A stretch of DNA of 64,000 nt from Pirellulales bacterium (GTDB lineage: Bacteria; Planctomycetota; Planctomycetia; Pirellulales; JAIMBC01): positions 13,263-77,262 of the forward strand of contig JAIMBC010000001.1 of assembly GCA_023511675.1 (NCBI GenBank). Reading direction: 5' to 3'. The notes under the pieces are model-generated. The model was not told the origin of the DNA. It saw nothing but the letters and a program-made list of their open reading frames with translations, and made no database searches. Shown in pieces: positions 17,306-25,582 of this stretch (positions within the stretch are counted from its first letter, which is position 1; every line of letters starts with the position of its first letter). Position numbers and translations under genes: made by a program.

Positions 17306-18428
17306 GGCGTGGTCTCCAGGGTGGTTCGTGGGCGCGCAAGAACCAGCGTTCCACGAGCAGGTGTTGTGTGAGGTAGGCACTGGAAAACAGAAGGCGGGCA
17401 GCCAGACCGGTGAGCGTTTGGCGTAGGCGGCCGTTTTTGGGTGGCACGCCGCGGCGCGTGCCAAAGCGTGCGCGAATCTGCTGCTCGTAAGGATGCAGTC
17501 GTGCGGCACGGTAATCGCCGCGTGCATCGAGAATGGTCTGGGCCGCCATGAGGCCCGACTCCACTGCCGGCCGGATTCCCTCTCCGCTGTAGGTGTAGGC
17601 CAGCCCCGCGGCGTCGCCGATCAGCATGGCGCCGTCCTGCACCAGCCAGCGGGGAGAGTGCTCATACAGCCAGTAGGCATGGCCGTGGAAGGCCTGCGGC
17701 AGATCGACAGGAATGCGGCCTTCGCGTTGCAACGTGCGGCAGAATTCGCTCACGTGATGCACCAGGCCATGCCGGTCGAGCCGCCCTAGCCCCACATTCA
17801 GCCAGCGGCCCTTGCGAAAACACCAGCCATAACCGGCCAGATCGCGGCAGTAGTACAGTTCCGCCACCTCAGGCTCGACCCGGCACTGGGCTTCTTGCTC
17901 GGGTGTCAGGGCAAACTCCACCTCCTGGGCCAGCACGGCCGTGGCCGTGGTCGGCGGATCGGCACCCAGGCGGCGCGCTACCGGGCAGTAGTGGCCGCCC
18001 GCACCGATCACCAGCGGCGTCCGCCAGGTGCCGTTGATCTGCCACACGTCGCCAACACGCTCTAGCGCCGTGAGTGCCTGCCCCAATTCCAACTGGGCAC
18101 CGCTGCGTTGCAGCAGGTAATGGTCGAACTCGCACCGCCGGATGCCGTAACTGACAGGCTGCGCGTAGCGGGTTGTCAGCATGCGGCCACCCAGCCGGCC
18201 GGTGCGCAGGCCCAGCACGGGCTGCAGCACGCGGTCCGCGGCATAGGCCTCCAGGTCCAGCTCCAGCTCCTCCACCACGGCGGGGGTGATCCAGCCGCCA
18301 CACGTCTTATCGCGCGGGAAGGCAGCGCGGTCCATCACTACCACGTGCCGTCCCGCCTGGCACAATCGCCAGGCGCAGCTCGAGCCGGCGGGCCCGCCTC
18401 CCACAATCAGCACGTCGCAGGAGAGCAT
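17283..18428 (-). CDS. FAD-dependent oxidoreductase, geranylgeranyl-reductase-like
   Basis: N-terminal dinucleotide fold MLSCDVLIVGGGPAGSSCAWRL and a DKTCGG motif. ATG 18428 overlaps the cfa-like gene by 22 nt. Confidence 0.85.
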   Translation of the reverse strand: MLSCDVLIVGGGPAGSSCAWRLCQAGRHVVVMDRAAFPRDKTCGGWITPAVVEELELDLEAYAADRVLQPVLGLRTGRLGGRMLTTRYAQPVSYGIRRCEFDHYLLQRSGAQLELGQALTALERVGDVWQINGTWRTPLVIGAGGHYCPVARRLGADPPTTATAVLAQEVEFALTPEQEAQCRVEPEVAELYYCRDLAGYGWCFRKGRWLNVGLGRLDRHGLVHHVSEFCRTLQREGRIPVDLPQAFHGHAYWLYEHSPRWLVQDGAMLIGDAAGLAYTYSGEGIRPAVESGLMAAQTILDARGDYRAARLHPYEQQIRARFGTRRGVPPKNGRLRQTLTGLAARLLFSSAYLTQHLLVERWFLRAHEPPWRPRRGMCTTH

Positions 18429-19999
18429 GGCGGTTCGTCCGCGGCAGGAGGATCCGCATAGAGATGGGCGCGGGTCCAGGCCAGATCGTTCAGTGTGGGC
18501 CGGGCAAAAAGAACCTGAAACAATTGCAACGAGCCGGCCGAAAAAGCGGCCGCGCTGCCTGCCAGGTACAGCCGCCACAGACGCACGAAGCGCTCGTCGA
18601 ACATCTGCCGCACGCGCTCGACGGCCGCCTCAAACCGCTCCAGCCAATGCCGCAGCGTCCGCACATAGTGCAGCCGCAGATTCTCCACGTCGAGCACAGA
18701 GAAACCATGTGGCTCCAGCACGGAAAGCATCTCTCGCAATGAGGGTGCGTACCCTCCCGGAAACACATACCGTGCCGTCCAGCGATCGGTCTCTTGCGGC
18801 CAATTGCGGCCAATAGAGTGCAACAGCCCCCGGCCGTGCGGCAACAACACGCGGTCGATGGTCCGGCCCAGCGCGGCATACTGCGCACGGCCCACGTGCT
18901 CCAACATGCCCACGGAAACGAACACGTCGTACTTGCCCTCCATGGCGCGGTAATCATCCTCGATAAACTCCACCTGCCCTTGCAGCCCCTGCCGGCGGAG
19001 CTGTTCGCGTGCATACACGATCTGTTCGTGCGAAAGATTGTACGCCCGCACATGTACGCCGTAATGACGGGCCATGTGCAGGGCAAGAGCGCCCCAACCG
19101 CAGCCGGCTTCCACAACTCGCTCGCCGGGCCGCAGCCGGAGCTTGCGGCAGACGTGATCGAGTTTGGCCGTCTGGGCCTGCTCCAGGCTGCAATTCGGAG
19201 AGGGAAAGTAGGCACAGGTATAGACAAGCTGCTCGTCGAGCCAGAGCCGATAGAAATCGTTGCCCAGGTCGTAGTGGTGATGGACATTGCGGCGCGAGCG
19301 GGCTGGCGTATTCCGCCGCCACCAGCGAACGCACGCACGCCCCAGCTCTTTCCAGAAACGGGGCGAGGGGTCGTGCCGTTCCACGGCGCAGCGGCCCACG
19401 CATTCCAGAAACCGCACCAGGTCATCGGGCACTTCGAGACGCCCGTCCACATAAGCCTCTCCAAAACCCAGCTCGCGCTGCCAGGCAATGCGCAGCAGCG
19501 TCTGCCGATCTCGCAGCTCCACGGTGGCTGGTGAGGACGCCCCTGGGGAAGCAACCACCTCCCCGTTCCACAGTCGCACCGCGATGGCAGGCCAGCCCAG
19601 GCGGCGCAGGATGGCCCTGGTCAGCCAGCGGTCAAAGCGCGTGCAGCGTCCTGCCGTGGCCGCAGCCCGCCCGGCATGTGAAGAACTTGTGGCGCCCGCG
19701 GCAGTACCTACGGATTCCGGCGCGCCAGGCAGAGCCGGCGGGCATGGCGAGGCCGAACCTTCGGCGGCATGGAGCGCCTGGGCACCGCCGTTTGCTGCGG
19801 AAGCCCGGCCCCCACTCGCCGCCGGCAAGCCCGGCTCGCGCGCCGCGGGCTCACTGGCGGTGCCATTTCTATCGGCAAGCAATCGCGAAATGGGCATGGT
19901 TTCGGCGGGCATGGCGGCCGAACCTGCCTGCTCATCCACCACCGGGGCCATCGGCTGCGAACCCCTCTCCTCACGCGACGGGTGCGAAAGGCCTGTCAT
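18407..19999 (-). CDS. Cyclopropane-fatty-acyl-phospholipid-synthase-family SAM methyltransferase with a disordered N-terminal extension of about 125 aa
   Basis: HHHYDLGNDFYRLWLD, SAM motif VVEAGCGWGALALHMA and SVGMLEHVG. ATG 19999; the track start 20017 is a TTG. The N-terminal Ala/Gly/Ser/Pro-rich region precedes the catalytic domain. Confidence 0.85.
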   Translation of the reverse strand: MTGLSHPSREERGSQPMAPVVDEQAGSAAMPAETMPISRLLADRNGTASEPAAREPGLPAASGGRASAANGGAQALHAAEGSASPCPPALPGAPESVGTAAGATSSSHAGRAAATAGRCTRFDRWLTRAILRRLGWPAIAVRLWNGEVVASPGASSPATVELRDRQTLLRIAWQRELGFGEAYVDGRLEVPDDLVRFLECVGRCAVERHDPSPRFWKELGRACVRWWRRNTPARSRRNVHHHYDLGNDFYRLWLDEQLVYTCAYFPSPNCSLEQAQTAKLDHVCRKLRLRPGERVVEAGCGWGALALHMARHYGVHVRAYNLSHEQIVYAREQLRRQGLQGQVEFIEDDYRAMEGKYDVFVSVGMLEHVGRAQYAALGRTIDRVLLPHGRGLLHSIGRNWPQETDRWTARYVFPGGYAPSLREMLSVLEPHGFSVLDVENLRLHYVRTLRHWLERFEAAVERVRQMFDERFVRLWRLYLAGSAAAFSAGSLQLFQVLFARPTLNDLAWTRAHLYADPPAADEPPCSPATC

Positions 20000-20278
20000 A
20001 AGATAGCAACTCCCCAAAAACGGATTTCGGTCCCATGAGCTTGGATTCTACCCGCCGTAAGTTGGGCAGCAAGCAAGGGCCGCGGCGCGTCAGATGGGAG
20101 CAGGCGGCGAGGCCAACGGAGCCGTGGTGGCACAGAAGTCAACCGCCCACCGGGCGGGAGCCCGCGGCATGCCCGGTGCCGGCCGCCTTGCCTAGGGGCG
20201 GTGGCACGTCCACCCCGTACCCTGCGACAGCACTCGCCCCCAGCATTCGCCGCGGTGGCGTTGCACATGGAACGCCGC

Positions 20279-21307
20279 TCAGGGCACCACGAGGCGCGCC
20301 TGCTGCGCCGCCACACTAAAGCGTGCGATGCTGCCGCTGTTGAACTCCAGGGCATCCGCCTCCATACCGTCTGAAAAGATCACGCCTCCCGTGGGCATGT
20401 GAGATTCGACGACCAGTTCCTCACCCTGTTCGAGGCAGCCGATCACCAGCTCCGCGCTGGACTGCCGGCTGACAAACGGCTCGCGAGCGACCCATACCAG
20501 CCGGTGGTCTTCCCACCGCACGGCCGGGCGTTCCGGCACCGCCTGGCCGCAGTAGCGCGCCACGCCGGCCGCCATGTTGAAGACGCTGGAGAGCCAGCCA
20601 GTGGACCCTGCCCCCGTGGCCACCAGCAGACCGCTAGAGGACTGCTGCTCCGTCCTCCCTCCCGCGCGCAGCAAGTAGCGGCTGGAGACCAGAGAGGCCG
20701 CACCCAGGTAAAAGTCGTTAAAGGCCAGCATCTCCTGGCCGTCGTTCAGAGCGACATGCGCCAGCGTGACCGCGCGCCAACGGGCCGTGCCCTCCAGAAC
20801 GGCCCGCACGGCCGTGGCCGCGCGTTCGACCGTGTAGGGCAGCAGCACGCCATCAAAACGTGTCGGGTCGGGGTTGACGCCCACGATGGGAAGCTCGCCC
20901 ACGTACTTGGCTGTGTTCGCCACCAGGCCGTCTGGCCCGACCACCAGCACCGCCAGCGTATTCCAGAAGTCATAGCTGGGCACCTGCGACCGGTCCAGCT
21001 CATGGATGGGGATCTCCGGCGGCAGCGAGGCGCGCAGCCGTGCCAGGGCGGCGCGGTACGCCTGATCCTCCTCTTCGTAGCGGCGGGCCTCGGCGGCCGC
21101 CTGTGCCTCGGCGGCCGTGAGCGACTGCAGCTCGGCCTGAGCGTCGGCGGCGGTAGCACCTGCCTGCATCGGCCGCTGCCGCATGGCTTCTTGCAGGTAC
21201 GCCTGCGCCAGGTGGAACTTTGCCCACCCGGGCGTGACGTGCCGCGCAAGCAGCATGGCCTGCCGCGTGGCTCGCGTCACGAGTGCGATGCTCTTGATGG
21301 CTGCCAT
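20279..21307 (-). CDS. NAD-kinase/diacylglycerol-kinase-fold protein with N-terminal coiled-coil region
   Basis: VVVGPDGLVAN resembles the GGDGT motif, and ATGAGSTGWLSS resembles the NADK TGSTAY motif. An Ala/Glu/Gln-rich helical segment of about 100 aa lies N-terminal. Confidence 0.75.
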   Translation of the reverse strand: MAAIKSIALVTRATRQAMLLARHVTPGWAKFHLAQAYLQEAMRQRPMQAGATAADAQAELQSLTAAEAQAAAEARRYEEEDQAYRAALARLRASLPPEIPIHELDRSQVPSYDFWNTLAVLVVGPDGLVANTAKYVGELPIVGVNPDPTRFDGVLLPYTVERAATAVRAVLEGTARWRAVTLAHVALNDGQEMLAFNDFYLGAASLVSSRYLLRAGGRTEQQSSSGLLVATGAGSTGWLSSVFNMAAGVARYCGQAVPERPAVRWEDHRLVWVAREPFVSRQSSAELVIGCLEQGEELVVESHMPTGGVIFSDGMEADALEFNSGSIARFSVAAQQARLVVP

Positions 21308-21437
21308 ACTAGTTCCTCGGGCAAGGACGGTCGCAAATGCGGTGCGCGGGCCGGCTCTGCGCGGCAGGCTGCGGCAGCCCCCGCTTCCGCGCCGCGCTTG
21401 GCGTGCCCCGTGACACGTGATCCTGCTGCGAGGTGTT

Positions 21438-22457
21438 TCACTTTTCCTTGTTACGCGTGCGCAGCAGAGTCGTCAGCAGCTCGGGCGAAACGTTGAACTC
21501 GCCGATCTTGGCCGCGTTCTGCGCCAGTTCCTGGAAGGCCAGCGAAATCAGCATCTTGGGATCGCCAGCACCAGCCGTCGCCAGGAGTACACGCCAGTCG
21601 ATGCCCTGGATCGGCTCCAGCACGGCACGCAGACCGTAGGCCCGCGCGTCGGCCTCCTTGCGCTCGTTGGCCGCGCGCCGCTCCACCAATTCCGTACGCT
21701 GCACCTCCAGCGCCACCTCGGCCGCCATCTGGGCCTCGCGCACCTGTCGCCGCCGCTGCTCGATGGCCAGTTCGGCGTCCATCTCGGTCTCGCGGACCTG
21801 CCGCTGCTTCTGCTGGACGGCAATTTCCGTGTCCAGCTCGTTCTCCCTGATGGTGCGTTCCAATTCCACGGCGGTGTTGCGGCGGGCATAGATGGCGTGG
21901 TCCGCCTCCAGCAGGAGCCGCTCGCGTGCCTCGGCCTGCAGCGCCTTGGTCATCTCGGGCGTGGCGCGCACCTGCTGGACCACCAGCCCAAGAATCTCGA
22001 CGCCCAGCATGGCGGCCTCCCCCGAGTTGCGTAGCTCTGGCAGCAGCGCGGCCGCCAGCCGGTCGGCGCTGGTGAGCAACTCTCTTAACGGGTGCCGCAG
22101 CGCAAAGGCACGGGCGAGCATCTGCACGGCATGCACCAGACGTTCGCCCAGACGTTTGTAGTCCTCGGTGCGGTAGCTGCCGTCCGCTGCCAGAGTGAAG
22201 TCCAGCACGGCGGCCGCGCGGCGCGGATCGGTGATGCGGTAGGTGAGCAGCCCCTGAAGGGAGGCCTCCTGAAAATCTGCTGTCATCTCGTGGAAGACGA
22301 AGGGCACGTCCACGCTGGCCAGGGGCACGTTCACAATCACCGAGTGCGGGGCGAAGTAGTAGAACGAGAGGCCCGCCCCCTCCCGACACAGCCGCCCGCG
22401 GCGATAGTGCATGACATACGAGGTGGGTGCGGCCTTGAGAAACCTCACGCCAAACAT
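21438..22457 (-). CDS. SPFH/Band-7 domain protein (no obvious N-terminal TM anchor) with C-terminal coiled coil
   Basis: SPFH-like core (VPFVFHEMTADFQEASLQG...LGVEILGLVVQQVRATPEMTKALQAEARE), followed by repeated ER/EL heptad-like segments. ATG has GGGAGG upstream. Confidence 0.85.
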   Translation of the reverse strand: MFGVRFLKAAPTSYVMHYRRGRLCREGAGLSFYYFAPHSVIVNVPLASVDVPFVFHEMTADFQEASLQGLLTYRITDPRRAAAVLDFTLAADGSYRTEDYKRLGERLVHAVQMLARAFALRHPLRELLTSADRLAAALLPELRNSGEAAMLGVEILGLVVQQVRATPEMTKALQAEARERLLLEADHAIYARRNTAVELERTIRENELDTEIAVQQKQRQVRETEMDAELAIEQRRRQVREAQMAAEVALEVQRTELVERRAANERKEADARAYGLRAVLEPIQGIDWRVLLATAGAGDPKMLISLAFQELAQNAAKIGEFNVSPELLTTLLRTRNKEK

Positions 22458-22673
22458 GGCAAAACCTCCCTAGATGGGTGCTGGAACGACGGCTATGCAA
22501 GCTGGCAGCCACTCCATTGTTGCCCGCCCGCCGCGCAGGGCTGCGCCCCCTGCACCGGTTTGACCCTCTGCCCGCCCTGTGATGGACGTAAGTTCTTTAG
22601 CTTCCGAGTCTTATCCCCTTCACTCTACCGACGTACTCTGCGGCACATTGCCGGCTCGCCACAGGGCGGAAAC

Positions 22674-22694
22674 TTAGTGTAATGATAACACTAA
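22674..22694. promoter_or_regulatory. AT-rich perfect inverted repeat (operator, promoter or hairpin candidate)
   Basis: TTAGTGT-aatgata-ACACTAA (7-bp arms, 7-nt loop), followed by TAATAT. This is the only strongly AT-rich patch in the 0.8-kb divergent intergenic region between the SPFH gene and the GNAT-like gene. Confidence 0.4.
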
Positions 22695-22788
22695 TATGCC
22701 CGGTGTGCAAACTCTGCGGGAGCTAGGAGCGAGCACGCCGCTGCCAGCGTCGCCACGCTCGAGTCTGCCCCAGTGGGAGAGCCACGAT

Positions 22789-22921
22789 GCGAGGGGAAGA
22801 TGCAATCGAGCAGATCTCCGAGGCGGGTGATTATCGGCCCCCCATGTCGTGAGGGGTAGATCGTTGGCGGAGCTGCCGGTCAAGGCAGGCGTGACGCCGC
22901 TCTTGCGGTGAGGGGTAGAGA
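22789..22921. repeat. Three degenerate direct repeats, core G(C/T)GAGGGG(A/T)AGA, at 60- and 59-nt spacing
   Basis: GAGGGG cores at 22791, 22851 and 22910. About 14-16 of 20 nt match between neighbouring copies (cccatgtcgtGAGGGGtaga type). The intervening sequence is unrelated. The unequal 60/59 spacing (59 is not a multiple of 3) argues against a coding repeat. Confidence 0.5.
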
Positions 22922-23281
22922 TGGGAGGACCGTGGCGGCGACGGTGTCATGACGTTGAGGTCCATGGGCGCGGAGACCATGCCAGCCTGCGACAAGAATG
23001 TGCCGCTTGCAGCGCAAAGCTGCTCGATCGCCGTCTGCGTGTACATCGGTTTGTTCAGCCTTCTCGGTTTGCCTAACATCGGCAGCACGGGCCGTTGGCC
23101 GCACCCAGAGCAGATGGGGAGGTTGCCTTATAGCTCTGTTCGCAGTGTGCGGCAGGCGACATGCACCTCTTGCCCTCTTGCCCTAGGCGGCACGAGGTCT
23201 ACATTGACCGAGGGTTGCGGGGCAGGTAGGCTTCGCCACTTTGAGGCTTAGCTAGAGAACCGCGGAGTGGAACGCTGTGCG

Positions 23282-24415
23282 ATGACGGAGGTGGCTGTCA
23301 ACCCAGTGCGCTCGAGGCATCAGCAGCGGCAGTTTCTGCACTTGCCCTGGGAGCTCTATCGCCGGGATGCGAATTGGGTGCCACCGCTGTTGCGCAATCA
23401 GCAGCAGCTTCTGGGGTACCGGCGCCACCCCTTTCACGAAATTGCCGAAGTGCAGACGTTCCTGGCATACCGAGACGGCCGCGCAGCGGGGCGGATTGCC
23501 GTGTTGGTGAACCACCGGCACAACCAGACCTATAACGAGCAGCGCGGCTTCTTTGGTTTTTTCGAGTGCGTGGAAGATCAGCAGGTGGCCTCGGCCTTAT
23601 TCGACGCTTGCCGCGGTTGGCTGGCGGAACGGGGAATCTCGCGCGTGCGTGGTCCGGCAAATCCCTCGATGAACTACGAGTGCGGCCTGTTGATCGAGGG
23701 GTTCGATAGCCCGCCGGTGTTCATGATGACCTACAATCCCCCCTACTATGCGAACCTGCTAGAGTGCTATGGCTTCCGCAAGGCACACGACTTGCTTGCC
23801 TACCTTGGCCATCGCAGCCAGCTTCCGGAAGTGGTGGGCCAGCTTGGCGGGCTAGCAGACCAGGCACAAGAGCGCTGCAATGCCATCGTCCGGCCGCTGA
23901 ATACCAGTGCGTTTCTGGATGACGTACGGCTGTTTCTGGATCTGTACAATCGTTCCCTCCTGGCTACCTGGGGGTTTGTGCCGTTGACGGAGGCGGAGCT
24001 GCGTGCCCTGGCCGCCTCGTTGCGGCATCTGCTGGTGCCGGAACTCTCTCTGTTTGCCGAGGTGGACGGCCGGCCGGTAGGCGCCATCCTCGGCCTGCCC
24101 GATTACAACCCGGTGATCAAGCGCATCAACGGCAGGTTGTTTCCCTTCGGATTCTGGCACCTGTTGCGAAGCAAGCGCTCGGTGCGGCGCGTCCGGGTGC
24201 TCTCCATCAATGTGGTGCCCGAGTACCAGCGATGGGGGCTGGGACTGGTGTTGATGAAGGCTCTGGTTCCCAAGGCACTGGAGCTAGGAGTGGAAGAGGC
24301 CGAGTTCTCGTGGGTCTCTGAGGCCAACGACTTGGCCCGGCTGGGGCTGGAGAAGGGCGGTGCCCGCTTGTACAAGCGCTATCGCATGTACGACCTGGAA
24401 TGGACGCCTGCATGA
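23282..24415 (+). CDS. GNAT-fold acyltransferase-like protein (uncharacterized ~377-aa family)
   Basis: ATG 23282; the track GTG 23267 is upstream. The sequence FFGFFECVED...ANPSMNYECGLLIEGFDSPPVFMMTYNPPYY and the C-terminal WGLGLVLMKAL...EFSWVSEAN resemble a tandem GNAT-like fold. Functional call is tentative. Confidence 0.7.
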   Translation: MTEVAVNPVRSRHQQRQFLHLPWELYRRDANWVPPLLRNQQQLLGYRRHPFHEIAEVQTFLAYRDGRAAGRIAVLVNHRHNQTYNEQRGFFGFFECVEDQQVASALFDACRGWLAERGISRVRGPANPSMNYECGLLIEGFDSPPVFMMTYNPPYYANLLECYGFRKAHDLLAYLGHRSQLPEVVGQLGGLADQAQERCNAIVRPLNTSAFLDDVRLFLDLYNRSLLATWGFVPLTEAELRALAASLRHLLVPELSLFAEVDGRPVGAILGLPDYNPVIKRINGRLFPFGFWHLLRSKRSVRRVRVLSINVVPEYQRWGLGLVLMKALVPKALELGVEEAEFSWVSEANDLARLGLEKGGARLYKRYRMYDLEWTPA

Positions 24416-24416
24416 C

Positions 24417-25019
24417 ATGCCTGCTAGCTCGCGGATTTACGGGCTGATTTTCGATCTCGACGGCACGCTCGTGCAGAGCAGTCTGGACTTCGACGCCATC
24501 CGCCGTGAACTCGGCCTGCCACCGGGTGAACCCTTGCTGGAGGTGCTGGCGCGCCTGCCGGCGTCCCAAGCCCGCCATGGGCTGGCCGTACTGGAGCGGC
24601 ACGAAGAACACGCGGCGCAGCGTGCCACGGCCACGCCGGGTGTTGTCGAACTGCTCGCTTGGCTAGCGCGGCGCAAGGTGCGGGCAGGAGTGCTGACACG
24701 TTCAGCCCGCCGCTTTGCCCTGGCCAGTCTGGCCCGCACCGGCCTGCAATGCGACCCCGTGCTGGGACGCGAAGACGCGCCGCCCAAGCCGGACCCGGCA
24801 GGCATCTGGAGCATCTGCGACTACTGGGGGCTGCGGCCGGAGCAAACTGCCATGGTGGGGGACTACCGGTTTGACATCGAAGCCGGCCGCCGGGCAGGCG
24901 TGCGCACGGTGCTGTACACAGGGGGCCGCGAACCGACGGAGGAAGAGCTATCTTGGGGTGCCGACCTGGTGCTCGGTTGCTTTCTGAAGGCCGAAAAGTT
25001 GCTGGAGTGGCTGGAGTAG
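24417..25019 (+). CDS. HAD-superfamily hydrolase (subfamily IA, phosphatase-like)
   Basis: Motif I LIFDLDGTLV, motif III/IV PKPDP ... MVGDYRFDIEAGRRAG. ATG 24417 lies 1 nt after the upstream TGA. Confidence 0.85.
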   Translation: MPASSRIYGLIFDLDGTLVQSSLDFDAIRRELGLPPGEPLLEVLARLPASQARHGLAVLERHEEHAAQRATATPGVVELLAWLARRKVRAGVLTRSARRFALASLARTGLQCDPVLGREDAPPKPDPAGIWSICDYWGLRPEQTAMVGDYRFDIEAGRRAGVRTVLYTGGREPTEEELSWGADLVLGCFLKAEKLLEWLE

Positions 25020-25076
25020 CACGTACCGCTTGTGCAACAGCGCACGCCGCTCGGCAGCCTTCGACGCTGCATCGCG

Positions 25077-25396
25077 GTAACCGTGCACCGGCACCATCGC
25101 GCGGGGGGCGACGAACATGGGGGAGAGAGGAGCGAGCGGAGAGGAGGGGGCGCGGGGAAAGGGCCGGCGGGATACAAGTTCGGTCTTGGCTGGGGCGTCG
25201 TGTCGGGAAGCAGGTCCGGACGCGACGGAGCGCGTCCCTCCAGCGCCCGGATGGAGGGCCACGCGGATCTCTGCACGCCATAGGTAAGGATCCGTCGCAC
25301 CCACTGCGGGTGCATCAGCTCCACGGGCAGCAAGGCCTCCGGGGCCGGTGACGCAAGTTACCCACCGCGTCAAGAATGGTCGTGATGTACGGTCAC
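25077..25396. repeat. MITE/REP-like dispersed element, copy B (320 nt, imperfect terminal inverted repeats)
   Basis: GTAACCGTGCA at 25077-25087 versus TGTACGGTCAC at 25386-25396 (9 of 11 complementary). Shares with copy A the conserved 26-nt end, a GA-rich tract (gggggagagaggagcgagcggagaggaggggg), the hairpin GGACGCG-acggag-CGCGTCC (25218-25237) and GGAGGGCCACGC (25253-25264). Orientation is opposite to copy A. Confidence 0.65.
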
Positions 25397-25582
25397 GCAT
25401 CGTGCACCGCGAGCCGACATGTGGTCGTGAAGCAGCCAGGTCCGCCTGCCGTAGGTGCTTTTGAGCGTACATCGGCGAAGCGCTGATATGTCGTCTCGTC
25501 CCTCAGCACCCTGTGCCGCGACTCTCTCGCGGAGCACTGCCGTGGCCCCGAGCCAGCGCGCACGCGGCCGATGGCTGCTCGA

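Noticed and set aside
25205-25240. gggaagcaggtccggacgc, with words similar to SRP RNA helix 8 (GGAAGCAG / GUCCGGA)
   Set aside because: The order and spacing of the words do not match the conserved SRP RNA domain IV. The segment is part of the dispersed repeat element.
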